Below are positions 48,837-58,987 of a stretch of 64,000 nt of DNA, piece after piece. The stretch is from Candidatus Omnitrophota bacterium (GTDB taxonomy: Bacteria > Omnitrophota > Gorgyraeia > 2-01-FULL-45-10). Location: assembly GCA_041650935.1 (NCBI GenBank), contig JBAZKH010000002.1:128372-192371 (forward strand), in the 5' to 3' direction. The stretch's first letter is position 1. Each line of letters begins with the position of its first letter. A model generated the notes under the pieces. The model saw nothing but the letters and a program-made list of their open reading frames with translations, was not told the DNA's origin and did no database searches. The translations under genes and the position numbers were made by a program.

Positions 48837-49324
48837 GAAAAAGAAGAGTCGTCAGGTCACCGGGTCACCGGGTCACCGGGAGCCGGAGGCCGAGCTGGGA
48901 TGAGTATTTCCTGGGCATTGCAGAGCTGGTCTCGAAGCGCTCGACCTGCCTTAGGAGGTCGGTCGGCGCGGTCCTTGTAAAAGATAAACGGATACTCGCT
49001 ACGGGCTATAACGGCGCACCGAGCGGGATAAGACACTGTGCCGAAACCGGCTGCATACGCGAGCGGATGAAGATCCCTTCCGGCGAGCGCCATGAATTGT
49101 GCCGCGGTCTCCATGGGGAACAGAACGCTTTCCTGCAAGCGGCCCTGCACGGCACGAGCCTGAATGGCGCGAGTCTATATTCGACGACACAACCGTGCAT
49201 AATCTGCGCGAAGATGATAATAAACGCCGGCATAAAAGAGATAGTTATAAGCGGGGATTACCCCGATAAGATGTCGAAAGATTTATTACACGAAGCCAGG
49301 GTCAGGGTGAGAACGTTAAGATGA
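48833..49324 (+). CDS. dCMP deaminase / cytidine-deoxycytidylate deaminase family
   Basis: It has the motifs HAEQNAF-like (HGEQNAF) and PCIICAKMI, and the N-terminus contains 3 x GGTCACCG. Confidence 0.75.
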   Translation: MRKRRVVRSPGHRVTGSRRPSWDEYFLGIAELVSKRSTCLRRSVGAVLVKDKRILATGYNGAPSGIRHCAETGCIRERMKIPSGERHELCRGLHGEQNAFLQAALHGTSLNGASLYSTTQPCIICAKMIINAGIKEIVISGDYPDKMSKDLLHEARVRVRTLR

Positions 49325-49491
49325 AATATATCGCCATAGCCGCTTTTAGGGCGGCCGGCATACTGTTAATCTGCGCGTGCCTTGCCGGCTGTTCGAGCCT
49401 CCCCTTAAAAGAAGGGGGCCTTGAGATAAGTAAAGATACGACAGTCGGGATCGATGATATAGGCGTCGGTACCGTGACAAGGCAGTTCTAG
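49321..49491 (+). CDS. 56-aa putative lipoprotein
   Basis: An ATGA overlap joins it to the deaminase stop. It has the lipobox LAGCS and falls below the ORF-track size cutoff. An internal strong hairpin could alternatively be a terminator. Confidence 0.3.
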   Translation: MKYIAIAAFRAAGILLICACLAGCSSLPLKEGGLEISKDTTVGIDDIGVGTVTRQF

Positions 49492-49515
49492 ATCGTATAT
49501 CGTTGAAATAGTAAT

Positions 49516-50082
49516 ATGGGTATAGAAAGGAGGGGATCTATGAAGGTATTTTTAATAATAATATCGGCACTATTATTAACGGCAGTTTTCCCGGGAGGAG
49601 GATTTTGCGTGGATAAAGATATAGTTGTTTTAGAAACAACTCAGGGCAATATAGAAATAAAACTTATGCCGGATGTGGCGCCGAAGGCATGCGAAAATTT
49701 TAAAGGCCTTGTCGAAAAAGGATATTATAACGGCCTAATATTCCATAGGGTGATAAAGGACTTCATGATACAGGGCGGTGACCCTACCGGAACAGGCAGC
49801 GGCGGGAGCTCGATTTGGGGAAAACCGTTTGGAGACGAGTTCAAGAAAGACGTTACCTTTAACCGCAAAGGCCTTGTGGCGATGGCCAATTCCGGTCCCG
49901 GCACGAACGGCAGCCAGTTCTTCATCACCGTAGCGTCAGCGGACTGGCTCACTATGCACCATACGATATTCGGCGAGGTCGTATCGGGTTATGATGTTGT
50001 GCAGAAGATCGAGAACACCCAGACGGATTACAACGACCGCCCGATCACCGAGCAGAAGATCATCAAGGCGTATTTAAAGTAA
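49516..50082 (+). CDS. ppiB: peptidyl-prolyl cis-trans isomerase, cyclophilin type, secreted
   Basis: It has a signal peptide and the motifs FHRVIKDFMIQGGDP and GSQFFIT. Confidence 0.85.
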   Translation: MGIERRGSMKVFLIIISALLLTAVFPGGGFCVDKDIVVLETTQGNIEIKLMPDVAPKACENFKGLVEKGYYNGLIFHRVIKDFMIQGGDPTGTGSGGSSIWGKPFGDEFKKDVTFNRKGLVAMANSGPGTNGSQFFITVASADWLTMHHTIFGEVVSGYDVVQKIENTQTDYNDRPITEQKIIKAYLK

Positions 50083-50221
50083 AATTTTTTGCAAATTTTA
50101 CAAAGGTTGACGAGGAATTTTTTTGTTCAGGCAGATGAGTTGCCTTTTGGATGCTCGAGGAAGCACGGCTTCCTCGCAAACAAAATAGACCCTAGTTCAA
50201 AAAAATTTCCGAGGAAATGTT

Positions 50222-50671
50222 ATGCGATGCCCGTTTTGCAGCAGCAGAAAAGACAGCGTAATCGATTCGCGGCACTCGCGGAACGGCTCGAGCGTGCGCC
50301 GCCGCAGGGCGTGCCTGAAGTGTAAGAAGCGCTTCACGACCTACGAATACGTAGAGCGTGTGCCGCTGATGGTCATAAAGAAGGACGCGCGCCGGGAACC
50401 CTTTGGCCGCGAAAAACTCATGAACGGCATAATGGTGGCGTGCGAGAAGCGTCCCGTCAGCGTGAAGCGTATAGAAAAACTCGTTGACGATATCGAAAGA
50501 AGGCTCGAGAAGAAGTACGATACCGAAGTCTCGTCGAAAGATATAGGCGAGCTCGTTATGCGGGGCTTACACGAGATCGACGAGATAGCTTACGTGCGGT
50601 TCGCTTCCGTCTACCGGCAGTTCCGCGACGTCGGCCAGTTCATGCGGGAGCTGAAGACATTCCTTAAATAG
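50222..50671 (+). CDS. nrdR: transcriptional repressor NrdR
   Basis: It has the Zn-ribbon MRCPFCSS...CLKC and an ATP-cone. Confidence 0.85.
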   Translation: MRCPFCSSRKDSVIDSRHSRNGSSVRRRRACLKCKKRFTTYEYVERVPLMVIKKDARREPFGREKLMNGIMVACEKRPVSVKRIEKLVDDIERRLEKKYDTEVSSKDIGELVMRGLHEIDEIAYVRFASVYRQFRDVGQFMRELKTFLK

Positions 50672-50698
50672 CAGTGAATAGTGGATAGTGAATAGAAG

Positions 50699-51550
50699 AT
50701 GCGAGAGGCTTTATACTACGAGAAACTGGATATAAAGAAAGTACGCTGCCACCTTTGCCCTTATAACTGCGTGATCTCGGACAGCGGGAGGGGCGCATGC
50801 GGGGTAAGAGTAAATAAAGACGGGACTTTATACACCGAAGTTTACGATAAGACCACAGGTATTGCCCTCGACCCCATAGAGAAGAAACCCCTATACCGTT
50901 ACCATCCCGGAGAATACATCCTTTCCCTCGGCACGAGAGGGTGTAATCTGCACTGCGAATTCTGCCAGAACTGGCACATATCCCAGGAGATCGATACCCC
51001 GACGCAAAGCATAACATCGTCACAGGTCATAGATAAGGCGAAATCGCTGGGCTCGTTTGGTATAGCATATACTTATAATGAGCCGTTCATATGGTATGAG
51101 TTTGTCCTGGAAACGGCGCGGCTTGCCGCGAAGAACGGTCTTAAAAATGTGCTGGTTACCAATGGCTATGTCAACATGGGACCCCTGGAAGGGATGCTTC
51201 CTTATATAGACGCAATGAATATAGATCTTAAATCTTTCGACGATAAATTTTATACGAAAGTTTGCAAGGGTAGTTTAAAACCTGTCCTCGAGGTGATAAA
51301 ACGTTCGCATCGCTCATGCCATATAGAGCTTACAAATCTGATAATACCGAGCCTGAACGATTCGGAGGATACGATAAGGAAGATGGTCGATTGGATATAC
51401 GGAAACCTGGGGCCGGAAGCGCCGCTCCACCTCTCCCGGTACTTTCCCTGCTACAAAATGTCCCTGCCGTCGACGCCAATAGGGACGCTAAAGAAAGCAG
51501 CGGAAATTGCAAAGGCTAAATTGAAATATGTTTACATCGGGAATGTATAA
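50699..51550 (+). CDS. radical SAM enzyme (AmmeMemoRadiSam / PFL-activase-like)
   Basis: It has CNLHCEFCQNW and is 283 aa. Confidence 0.65.
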   Translation: MREALYYEKLDIKKVRCHLCPYNCVISDSGRGACGVRVNKDGTLYTEVYDKTTGIALDPIEKKPLYRYHPGEYILSLGTRGCNLHCEFCQNWHISQEIDTPTQSITSSQVIDKAKSLGSFGIAYTYNEPFIWYEFVLETARLAAKNGLKNVLVTNGYVNMGPLEGMLPYIDAMNIDLKSFDDKFYTKVCKGSLKPVLEVIKRSHRSCHIELTNLIIPSLNDSEDTIRKMVDWIYGNLGPEAPLHLSRYFPCYKMSLPSTPIGTLKKAAEIAKAKLKYVYIGNV

Positions 51551-52756
51551 TTATCTATAATACTTTTCGTAATCGTTCAGGTCTATATTTAATTTCGCGC
51601 CTTTTTCCTGTTCCCGCAGCCAATCTTCGATGTAGGCATTTTTCTTCTCGGCAAGGACTTTCTTCGTGAAATCCTCTTTCTCCTTCTTGAACGTCTCCTG
51701 GTCGAATGGCAGTGTCTCGGCCACCCTGAATATAAGAATGCCTTTTCTCACGTTCGCAGGTTTCGATATTTCACCTTTCTTCATCTTGACCGCTTCTGCC
51801 GTGATCCAGCCCGCCTCCCCGATCCCTTCCAGATAATCCGACTTTATGAACGGGACCGACTCCTGCGTCTTTATCTTTAGTTTTGCGGCCGCGGCCTCGA
51901 AAGAGAGCTTATCCTTGTCCATGAGCCTGCGCAGGTCCTCATATGTCTTATTGGCGGCTTCGAGCGCAATAGGCCTTGCCCTATTTTCGGCCAGCATGGA
52001 CTTTATGACATCTTTTACTTCGTCGAAAGTGGCAATCTTCTTGGCAGGTTCTTTGCTTTCGGCTTCCTGGGTCTGGATAACGAAGCTGGCCTTATTATTA
52101 TCATAGAACTTTTTTATCTCGTCATCAGGTACCTTCACTTTGTTCGTAAATGAATCGAGTCCCAGCAGGATATACGATATCTTAAACTTCGAATTATTTT
52201 TTTCATAATTCCGGATAACTTCATCATCCGAGATCTTGACGTCTTTCGTTATGCTGTCAGTCAACTTCTGGATCATGACATTTTCCCGGATCATCTCCTC
52301 GAAGTTCCTCGGGTACAGTCCAAGGGAATTCCTCAGGAAATAACTGTAGAGGCGGTCGTCGAATTTTCCGTTGCGCATGAAGAGGGGCTGGGAGGTAATG
52401 AACTTTATTACCTCGCTATCGGGCACCTTTATCCTGGCCATCCCGGCCTTCTTTGATAATATCAGCCTGCTCCAGGCGAGCTTTCCTATGAAATTTTTAT
52501 TCTTCAGAAAAGATTCGAGCGCCTTGGCATTACTGTAATAGTTAAGTATGACCTGGCACCGTACGCTGGAGATACTGCCGGCAAAATCGTCAAATGAGAT
52601 ATTTTTGTTCTCAATAGTTCCCACATACTTAGGGCCTTTCTTGCCGGAACGATCCGCACTCATATAACCGACTACGACAAAGGCGGGCAGTATCAATATA
52701 AGGATGGCCCACAGGACTACTTTAGTCACGTTCTTGTTTCTGAATGTTTTCAGCAT
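51551..52756 (-). CDS. membrane-anchored PpiD/SurA-like parvulin-type peptidyl-prolyl isomerase chaperone
   Basis: It has an N-terminal TM, a SurA-N-like region and a PPIC-type segment, and is 401 aa. Confidence 0.6.
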   Translation of the reverse strand: MLKTFRNKNVTKVVLWAILILILPAFVVVGYMSADRSGKKGPKYVGTIENKNISFDDFAGSISSVRCQVILNYYSNAKALESFLKNKNFIGKLAWSRLILSKKAGMARIKVPDSEVIKFITSQPLFMRNGKFDDRLYSYFLRNSLGLYPRNFEEMIRENVMIQKLTDSITKDVKISDDEVIRNYEKNNSKFKISYILLGLDSFTNKVKVPDDEIKKFYDNNKASFVIQTQEAESKEPAKKIATFDEVKDVIKSMLAENRARPIALEAANKTYEDLRRLMDKDKLSFEAAAAKLKIKTQESVPFIKSDYLEGIGEAGWITAEAVKMKKGEISKPANVRKGILIFRVAETLPFDQETFKKEKEDFTKKVLAEKKNAYIEDWLREQEKGAKLNIDLNDYEKYYR

Positions 52757-52910
52757 TGCTTTCCCCTTATTTTAATGTTAGTAGATTATATTTTATTCGC
52801 CGGGCTAATTCAAGGATAAAAGCTATCGCCAATAAAAGCTACCGGGTGCTTGCTTTTACGAGGATTGGGAAGTATAATCTTATTATGCCGATCGAGGAGT
52901 ATCTGTAATC

Positions 52911-54629
52911 ATGAAAGAATCGAACCTTATTGGGCAGGTGCTGATCCAAAAGGGGCTCATTACGGTCGAGGCCCTGGAGAGGGCGCTTAGCGAACAGCAG
53001 CATCTGCAGGAGCGCATCGGCGATGTATTGATAAAACTTGGCCTGATAAATGAGGATGATTTCTATAGGATCCTTTCGGAGCAATCAGGGGTGGAGTATG
53101 TAAGGCTTAAAGATGTTAAAATAGATCCCGCTGTTATAGAGCAGATTCCCGCGAAGTTCGCCTGCCATTACGAATTGATACCCATAGAGATATCTGATAA
53201 TACGATAACCATGGCCATGGCTAACCCTCTCGATATCCATACCGTAGATGATATAAAGCTTCTCCTGAAGAAAGATATAAAGCCCGTCCTGGCATCGCAC
53301 CGGGAGATACTCGAAGCGATAAAGAAATATTACGGTGTCGGCGCCGAGACGATAGAGAAGATGGCGCCGGACGCGGCGGGCCCGGAACGGATCGCAAGCG
53401 TGCAGGCACAGGAGACGCAGGACCTGATAGAATCCGTCGATGATGCTTCGATTATAAATGTCGTAAACCAGATACTGCTCGAGGCCTATCGCGACAGGGC
53501 GACCGATATACATATAGAACCATACGAAGACGAACTCTCTGTCAGGTACAGGATAGACGGTGTCCTCCACGAGACGAAGGTCCCGTCGTCGATAAAGAAT
53601 TTCCAATCGGCCATAATCTCGCGCATAAAGATCATGGCGAATCTCGACATATCCGAGCGCCGCCTGCCGCAGGACGGCAGGATGAAGATCCGCATAGGCA
53701 CCGAAGAGGTCGACCTCAGGGTATCGATATTGCCCACGCCGTTCGGAGAGTCGGTCGTTATAAGGCTGCTTTCGACGAATGTGCGTTTCGGCCTGGAGAA
53801 CCTGGGGCTCCTGAAGCAGGATCTCGATATACTCGAACGGATGATAAAATTACCGCACGGCATAGTATTCGTCACCGGCCCGACGGGAAGCGGAAAGACG
53901 ACAACGCTATACGCTTCTTTGAGCAAGATAAACACCAAAGATAAGAAGATAATAACGATAGAGGACCCGATCGAATACCAGCTGAAAGGCATAACCCAGA
54001 TACAGGTCCAGCCCAAGATAGACCTTACCTTTGCCAACGCTCTCCGTTCCATGCTCCGGCACGACCCGGACGTAATGATGGTCGGAGAAGTGAGGGATTA
54101 CGAAACCGCGGAGATCACGATAAGGGTCGCGCTTACGGGCCACCTGGTCTTTTCCACCATACATACCAACGACGCCGCCGGCGGTGTTACGCGTCTCATA
54201 GACATGGGCGTCGAGCCGTTTCTTGTGGCCTCCGCCGTCGAATGCTTTATAGCCCAAAGGCTGGTCCGCGTGATATGCGAAAAGTGTAAACACGAGGTGA
54301 AACCGGAAAAAGAGCTCTTGAAGGAACTCGGCGTTTCGGGACTGAATCTCTCGAAGGTCAAGATATGTGAAGGTAAAGGCTGTGATGCCTGCAGGTTCAC
54401 CGGATATAAAGGCAGGACGGCGATATACGAATTTCTCGAGATGAAAGAAGCGATCAAGGAGCTGGTCCTTAAGAGGTCGTCGTCGGACCAGATAAAGAAA
54501 CGGGCCACCGAGCTGGGGATGAGAACGCTCAGGCAGGACGGATGGGAGAAGATAAGGAAGGGCATCACTACGCCGAGCGAGGTTATAAGGGTTACCCAGC
54601 AGGAAGAGCTTGAAGAGATCGAAGAGTAG
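52911..54629 (+). CDS. gspE: type II secretion / type IV pilus assembly ATPase GspE/PilB
   Basis: It has an N-terminal T2SSE_N domain, Walker A GPTGSGKTT, the Asp and His boxes, and the tetracysteine CEKC...CDAC. Confidence 0.85.
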   Translation: MKESNLIGQVLIQKGLITVEALERALSEQQHLQERIGDVLIKLGLINEDDFYRILSEQSGVEYVRLKDVKIDPAVIEQIPAKFACHYELIPIEISDNTITMAMANPLDIHTVDDIKLLLKKDIKPVLASHREILEAIKKYYGVGAETIEKMAPDAAGPERIASVQAQETQDLIESVDDASIINVVNQILLEAYRDRATDIHIEPYEDELSVRYRIDGVLHETKVPSSIKNFQSAIISRIKIMANLDISERRLPQDGRMKIRIGTEEVDLRVSILPTPFGESVVIRLLSTNVRFGLENLGLLKQDLDILERMIKLPHGIVFVTGPTGSGKTTTLYASLSKINTKDKKIITIEDPIEYQLKGITQIQVQPKIDLTFANALRSMLRHDPDVMMVGEVRDYETAEITIRVALTGHLVFSTIHTNDAAGGVTRLIDMGVEPFLVASAVECFIAQRLVRVICEKCKHEVKPEKELLKELGVSGLNLSKVKICEGKGCDACRFTGYKGRTAIYEFLEMKEAIKELVLKRSSSDQIKKRATELGMRTLRQDGWEKIRKGITTPSEVIRVTQQEELEEIEE

Positions 54630-54632
54630 ATA

Positions 54633-55850
54633 ATGGCGAGATTCGTATATGAGGCGAAGAAAGGGCCTAAAGATGTTGTCAGAGGCGCGCTTTCCGCGGA
54701 CAACAAGGCCTCTGCCATCCAGAAGATAGCCCAGATGGGCTATTTTATCATGTCTCTCGAAGAGGCGGAAGAAGTCTCATCCTCCGGCGACAAAGCCGCG
54801 GGGGCCGTATTTGCAAGGATCTCTTTAAAAGACCTCGCGGACTTCACAAGGCAGCTTTCGGATCTTCTCGAAGCGGGCCTGACGATAGTGAAGGCGCTCG
54901 ATCTCCTGCACAACCAGACCACCAATAAAAAATTCAAGCGTGTCATTACGGATATACGCGAATTCTGCGTCGGAGGCAGCCCGCTTTCTGAGGCTCTCCG
55001 GCGTCATCCCAAGGTATTCTCCGACCTATATGTCAGCATGATACGCTCCGGCGAGACCGGCGGCGCTCTAGAAAAGATCCTGAAGAGGCTGTCCGATTTC
55101 AGCGAGAAACAGCTGGATATCCAGACGAAGATACGGACAGCGCTTGCTTACCCGATACTCATGTCGGTCGTCGGCCTGGCAACGATAGTTGTGCTGATGA
55201 CCTTTGTTATCCCGAAGATGATGGTGATGTTTGCCGACCTGGGACAGGCGCTGCCTCTGCCTACCCAGATACTCCTTGCCATAAGCAACGCCGTTAAGAA
55301 TTATTGGTGGGCGATTGCCCTGGCCGTCTTCGCCGCGGGCGCCTTCCTGGCCAAAATTTATGCCACACCGGACGGGCGCCTGGCTATCGACGATGTTAAA
55401 CTGAAGGCTCCGGTATTTGGCCAGCTCAGCATGAAGGTTGAGATAGCAAGATTTGCCAGGACGCTCGCTACGCTATTGGAGAACGGCGTTCCGATACTCG
55501 AATCGCTCAAGGTTACCGCGGAGACCATAAATAACACCGTTATCAAAGCAGAGATCGACAAGGCCTTCGAAGCGGTGAGGGAAGGGTCTTCCCTTGCCAA
55601 CGGTTTTAGCGGCAGTACCGTGATACCTCCGGCGGTGGTAAATATGATAGCGATAGGGGAAGAGGCGGGGCATCTGGAAAGATCTCTTTCTAAAGTGGCG
55701 CAGACCTATGACAGGGAATCGGACGAGGCGGTAAAGATAATGATGTCGCTCCTGGAGCCGGTGCTTATACTGACGCTCGGCATCGTCGTCGGTTTCATAG
55801 TAATATCGATGCTGTTACCGATATTCGAGATAAATTTCATGATGAGGTAA
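54633..55850 (+). CDS. gspF: type II secretion platform protein GspF/PilC
   Basis: It has two GspF repeats and three TM segments, and is 405 aa. Confidence 0.85.
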   Translation: MARFVYEAKKGPKDVVRGALSADNKASAIQKIAQMGYFIMSLEEAEEVSSSGDKAAGAVFARISLKDLADFTRQLSDLLEAGLTIVKALDLLHNQTTNKKFKRVITDIREFCVGGSPLSEALRRHPKVFSDLYVSMIRSGETGGALEKILKRLSDFSEKQLDIQTKIRTALAYPILMSVVGLATIVVLMTFVIPKMMVMFADLGQALPLPTQILLAISNAVKNYWWAIALAVFAAGAFLAKIYATPDGRLAIDDVKLKAPVFGQLSMKVEIARFARTLATLLENGVPILESLKVTAETINNTVIKAEIDKAFEAVREGSSLANGFSGSTVIPPAVVNMIAIGEEAGHLERSLSKVAQTYDRESDEAVKIMMSLLEPVLILTLGIVVGFIVISMLLPIFEINFMMR

Positions 55851-55954
55851 GCTGGTTTAATTATAATTACAAATGACCAATATTTAAATATTGGGATTTA
55901 ACGATTGATTTGGATTTTGTAATTGGGATTTTGAAATTTAAAAGGGGGTTAGAA

Positions 55955-56374
55955 ATGCGTGATAAGCGTGGATTTACGCTGGTCGAGCTGATGCTCGTAG
56001 TAATTATCATAGGTACTCTTGTAGCGATGGTTATGCCGCGGCTTGCCGGCAGGACCGAGCAGGCAAAACGCGCGGCTGCCAAAGCCGATATAGAAGCCAA
56101 TATTTCTTCGGCGCTCGATCTTTACGAGATAGATAACGGCAATTATCCGGAGAGTCTCGACATCCTGCTGGAAAAGAAAGACAACAAAGGCCCCTATTTG
56201 AAGAAGAGGGCGAACGATCCATGGGGCCATCCTTATAAATATACCTATCCCGGCACGCACAGTGATTATGACCTCTATTCTTTTGGGAAGGACGGCGTCG
56301 ATAATAGCGGAGAAGGCGACGACGTGACGAATTGGGAGAGCGCCGCCGCGACGGAAGAAAGTCAGGAACCATGA
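55955..56374 (+). CDS. gspG: major pseudopilin GspG
   Basis: It has the prepilin leader and N-methylation site MRDKRGFTLVELMLVV and GspG-like NYPESL. A start at 55955 after AAGGGGG is preferred over the track start 55910. Confidence 0.8.
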   Translation: MRDKRGFTLVELMLVVIIIGTLVAMVMPRLAGRTEQAKRAAAKADIEANISSALDLYEIDNGNYPESLDILLEKKDNKGPYLKKRANDPWGHPYKYTYPGTHSDYDLYSFGKDGVDNSGEGDDVTNWESAAATEESQEP

Positions 56375-56883
56375 GGCATAAAGGGTTTACTCTGATCGAG
56401 CTTACCCTTGTAGTAACCATCATAGTGGCGCTTATCGGTTTATCCATCCCGTTATTCAGGCAAACCTTCAACAACCTTACCGCGAAAGATGCCGTATTTA
56501 ACATATCCAAGCTTGTAAGTTATGCCCGGGAAAGAGCCGTCATAGATAAGAAAAATTACAAAGCGGTATTCGATTTTAACCACCGGACGTATCAACTTAT
56601 GGAATTCAGCGGTTATTCCGGAGATAAAGCTTCTTACAAGAAAGCGCGCGGCCAGTTCGGCAGGATGTTTGCCTTACCCAAGAGTTTATTTTTTTACGAT
56701 CCCAAAACAGGCATATCCGAAAAAAAGGAAGAAGTATTTAAAAAAGAGATCATATTCTATCCGGACGGCCGTTGTAATGAGCTATTGATCGATATCGTGG
56801 ATTCGCGCGGCAGCGGCTATAGTATTACCCTGAAAGGGTTCGGAGGGTTCCCCCAGATAAAAGAGGTGACCGGTGAGGTGTAA
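56371..56883 (+). CDS. minor pseudopilin (GspH-like)
   Basis: It has the prepilin N-terminus MRHKGFTLIELTLVV, and an ATGA overlap joins it to gspG. Confidence 0.6.
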   Translation: MRHKGFTLIELTLVVTIIVALIGLSIPLFRQTFNNLTAKDAVFNISKLVSYARERAVIDKKNYKAVFDFNHRTYQLMEFSGYSGDKASYKKARGQFGRMFALPKSLFFYDPKTGISEKKEEVFKKEIIFYPDGRCNELLIDIVDSRGSGYSITLKGFGGFPQIKEVTGEV

Positions 56884-57262
56884 AAAAGGGATCCTGCTCC
56901 TGGAAGTGATGGTCTCTATCGTGGTAATTACCGCCGGGCTCTTATTTGTCATGCGCGTCTACTCCACGGCGAAAGAGGCGCTCCAGAGATCCAGGGACTT
57001 TTTCAAATATTCGCTTTTACTCGAAGATCGGATGTATGATTTCGAAGAAAAGGGCGTTATAGAAGAAGGCAGGGATAAAGGCCGTTTCCCTTCCTTGCGC
57101 GAATATTACTGGGAAGTTTCGGCCGATTCATTGGCGTTTGAAGAACAGGAGCTGAGCGATCTATGTTCCGTGCGGATGGACGTCTTTTACAGGGCTAGCT
57201 CCGCCCAGGCCGAGAAGAGCGATAAGTATTCGCTGTTTACCTATCTATTTAAAAAGAGATGA
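56873..57262 (+). CDS. minor pseudopilin (GspI-like)
   Basis: It has GILLLEVMVSIVVI and is 129 aa. Confidence 0.55.
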   Translation: MRCKKGILLLEVMVSIVVITAGLLFVMRVYSTAKEALQRSRDFFKYSLLLEDRMYDFEEKGVIEEGRDKGRFPSLREYYWEVSADSLAFEEQELSDLCSVRMDVFYRASSAQAEKSDKYSLFTYLFKKR

Positions 57263-57927
57263 CGAGAAGACCATACAAACGCGGGCCGGGATTTACATTT
57301 ATCGAGCTGATCATCGCCGTGACCATATTCGCGATTATAGCCGTCAGTATATATGCCACATTTAACGCCGGCATAAGGGTCTGGCTCAAAACCTCTCCGA
57401 TGATAGAAGAGAACCAGGCGCTCAGGGTCTTCTACTATACGATAAGCACGGACTTAAAGAATGCTATATGCTATTACGATGCGTCTCAAACACTTACGAA
57501 ATCGGGTTTCGGGGCCGAATACGAAGGCAAAATAAATTTTGAAGGGGCACAGACAAGGATATCTTTTATGGCGATCATCGGTATATCGGATGCGGCCGGC
57601 GCCATCCGCGAAGAACCGGCCAGGATAACCTATCTTTACGATAAGAGCACAAAGACGGTCAAGAGGCTGGTCGCTGCAAGGGCCGAAGGGCTCGATGAAC
57701 AGAATGCAAACGTATCCGATATGCTGGAAAATATCGCCGAGAAAGATTTTGGGTTCGAATATTGCTATAAAAAACCGATATCGAACACAGAGTATGAGTA
57801 TGAGTGGAAAGATGCGTGGGTGGATAAGAATGTCCTTAATATCCCGCGCGGGGTCAGGATAAAAGCCGGGAATTTCACAAAGACCGTCTTTATCCCATCG
57901 GGCGTATTGGGCGAGGATACATGGTAG
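57259..57927 (+). CDS. minor pseudopilin (GspJ-like)
   Basis: It has GFTFIELIIAVTIFAI and is 222 aa. Confidence 0.55.
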   Translation: MTRRPYKRGPGFTFIELIIAVTIFAIIAVSIYATFNAGIRVWLKTSPMIEENQALRVFYYTISTDLKNAICYYDASQTLTKSGFGAEYEGKINFEGAQTRISFMAIIGISDAAGAIREEPARITYLYDKSTKTVKRLVAARAEGLDEQNANVSDMLENIAEKDFGFEYCYKKPISNTEYEYEWKDAWVDKNVLNIPRGVRIKAGNFTKTVFIPSGVLGEDTW

Positions 57928-58937
57928 ATAAAAAGCGCGGCACCATCCTTATAACGTCGCTATGGATACTGGCGATACTCTCGATCCTTGCCATCGGCAT
58001 CGGCTTGCGGGTCTCGGTCGAGGCGCGTCTCGCCAAATACAATATGGACAGAGCGCGGGCGCTCTATCTGGCCAAAGCCGGTGCCGTCAAAGCGCTGTAC
58101 CGGCTTTCCAGGGGCTCCAATTCTTATGATAACGTTTATGAGTGCGGCGTAACTTTCTCACCCCAGGAAAAATCCGGTGAAGAAAAGTTCAAGGCTGTTT
58201 TTGCGGGCAAACTGGGCGATGGGACTTACAGCGTAATCTATAAAGAAGGTGCCAGGATATATGCCGGCGCCGCGGATGAGGAGCGAAGAATCAATATAAA
58301 TACGGCCCCCGAGAGCGTATTAAAGAGCCTTCTCATTTATATAGATGAAGATGCCACAATAGCCTCCAATATCGTACAATGGCGCAGTCCCGGCCCGGGT
58401 CTCGACGATGGTTACTATCAGGCTCTGCCCGTTCCATATGAGTGCAAACATGAAAGGTTCGCCGCCGTCGAAGAACTTCTGCTTGTCAAAGGCGTGGAGA
58501 AGAAGATATATGATAAGATGAAAAATTACATAACGGCTTTCGGGGATGCCGGGAAATTTACCGTTAATATAAATACCGCGCCGAAAGAGGTCTTGAGTAC
58601 GATTTTAATGTCCGGCACGTCGGTAAGCGCGCCTATCGATAAGACGGCCGCGGATATCCTTTCCGACAGGATCGTCATATTCCGCAGCGGACCTGACCGG
58701 GTGACGGGCACTAAAGACGACGTCAGTTTTACGCAGGATCTCTCTATAGAAGCGATACTGCCGGAACTATCGACGCAGGCCGCCGAACTTAAAAAATACT
58801 TTACAACAAAATCGAGTTACTTTAGAATTGAGTCTGAAGGCGTTCTTACGAGGTCTAAGGTCGCGAGAAAAGCAGTATACGTTGTCCAGAAAAGCCAGGG
58901 AAAGATACCAACATTAAAATCATACCGCGAATATTAG
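57921..58937 (+). CDS. minor pseudopilin GspK-like
   Basis: It has an N-terminal TM and two helix-hairpin-helix INxNTAP segments (ININTAPESVL, VNINTAPKEVL). Confidence 0.65.
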   Translation: MVDKKRGTILITSLWILAILSILAIGIGLRVSVEARLAKYNMDRARALYLAKAGAVKALYRLSRGSNSYDNVYECGVTFSPQEKSGEEKFKAVFAGKLGDGTYSVIYKEGARIYAGAADEERRININTAPESVLKSLLIYIDEDATIASNIVQWRSPGPGLDDGYYQALPVPYECKHERFAAVEELLLVKGVEKKIYDKMKNYITAFGDAGKFTVNINTAPKEVLSTILMSGTSVSAPIDKTAADILSDRIVIFRSGPDRVTGTKDDVSFTQDLSIEAILPELSTQAAELKKYFTTKSSYFRIESEGVLTRSKVARKAVYVVQKSQGKIPTLKSYREY

Positions 58938-58987
58938 AATATTTTGAAGGGCTATTCGGCCGGAAACGGAACTTTGTATCGGTCGAA

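Noticed and set aside
53085-54718. Several minus-strand ORFs (173, 188, 128, 206 aa)
   Set aside because: They are antisense to gspE/gspF, which carry Walker and T2SS signatures.
55910-55954. Upstream extension of gspG (MDFVIGILKFKRGLE...)
   Set aside because: Prepilin leaders are short and basic. The ATG at 55955 is preceded by AAGGGGG and gives the canonical leader MRDKRG-FTLVE.
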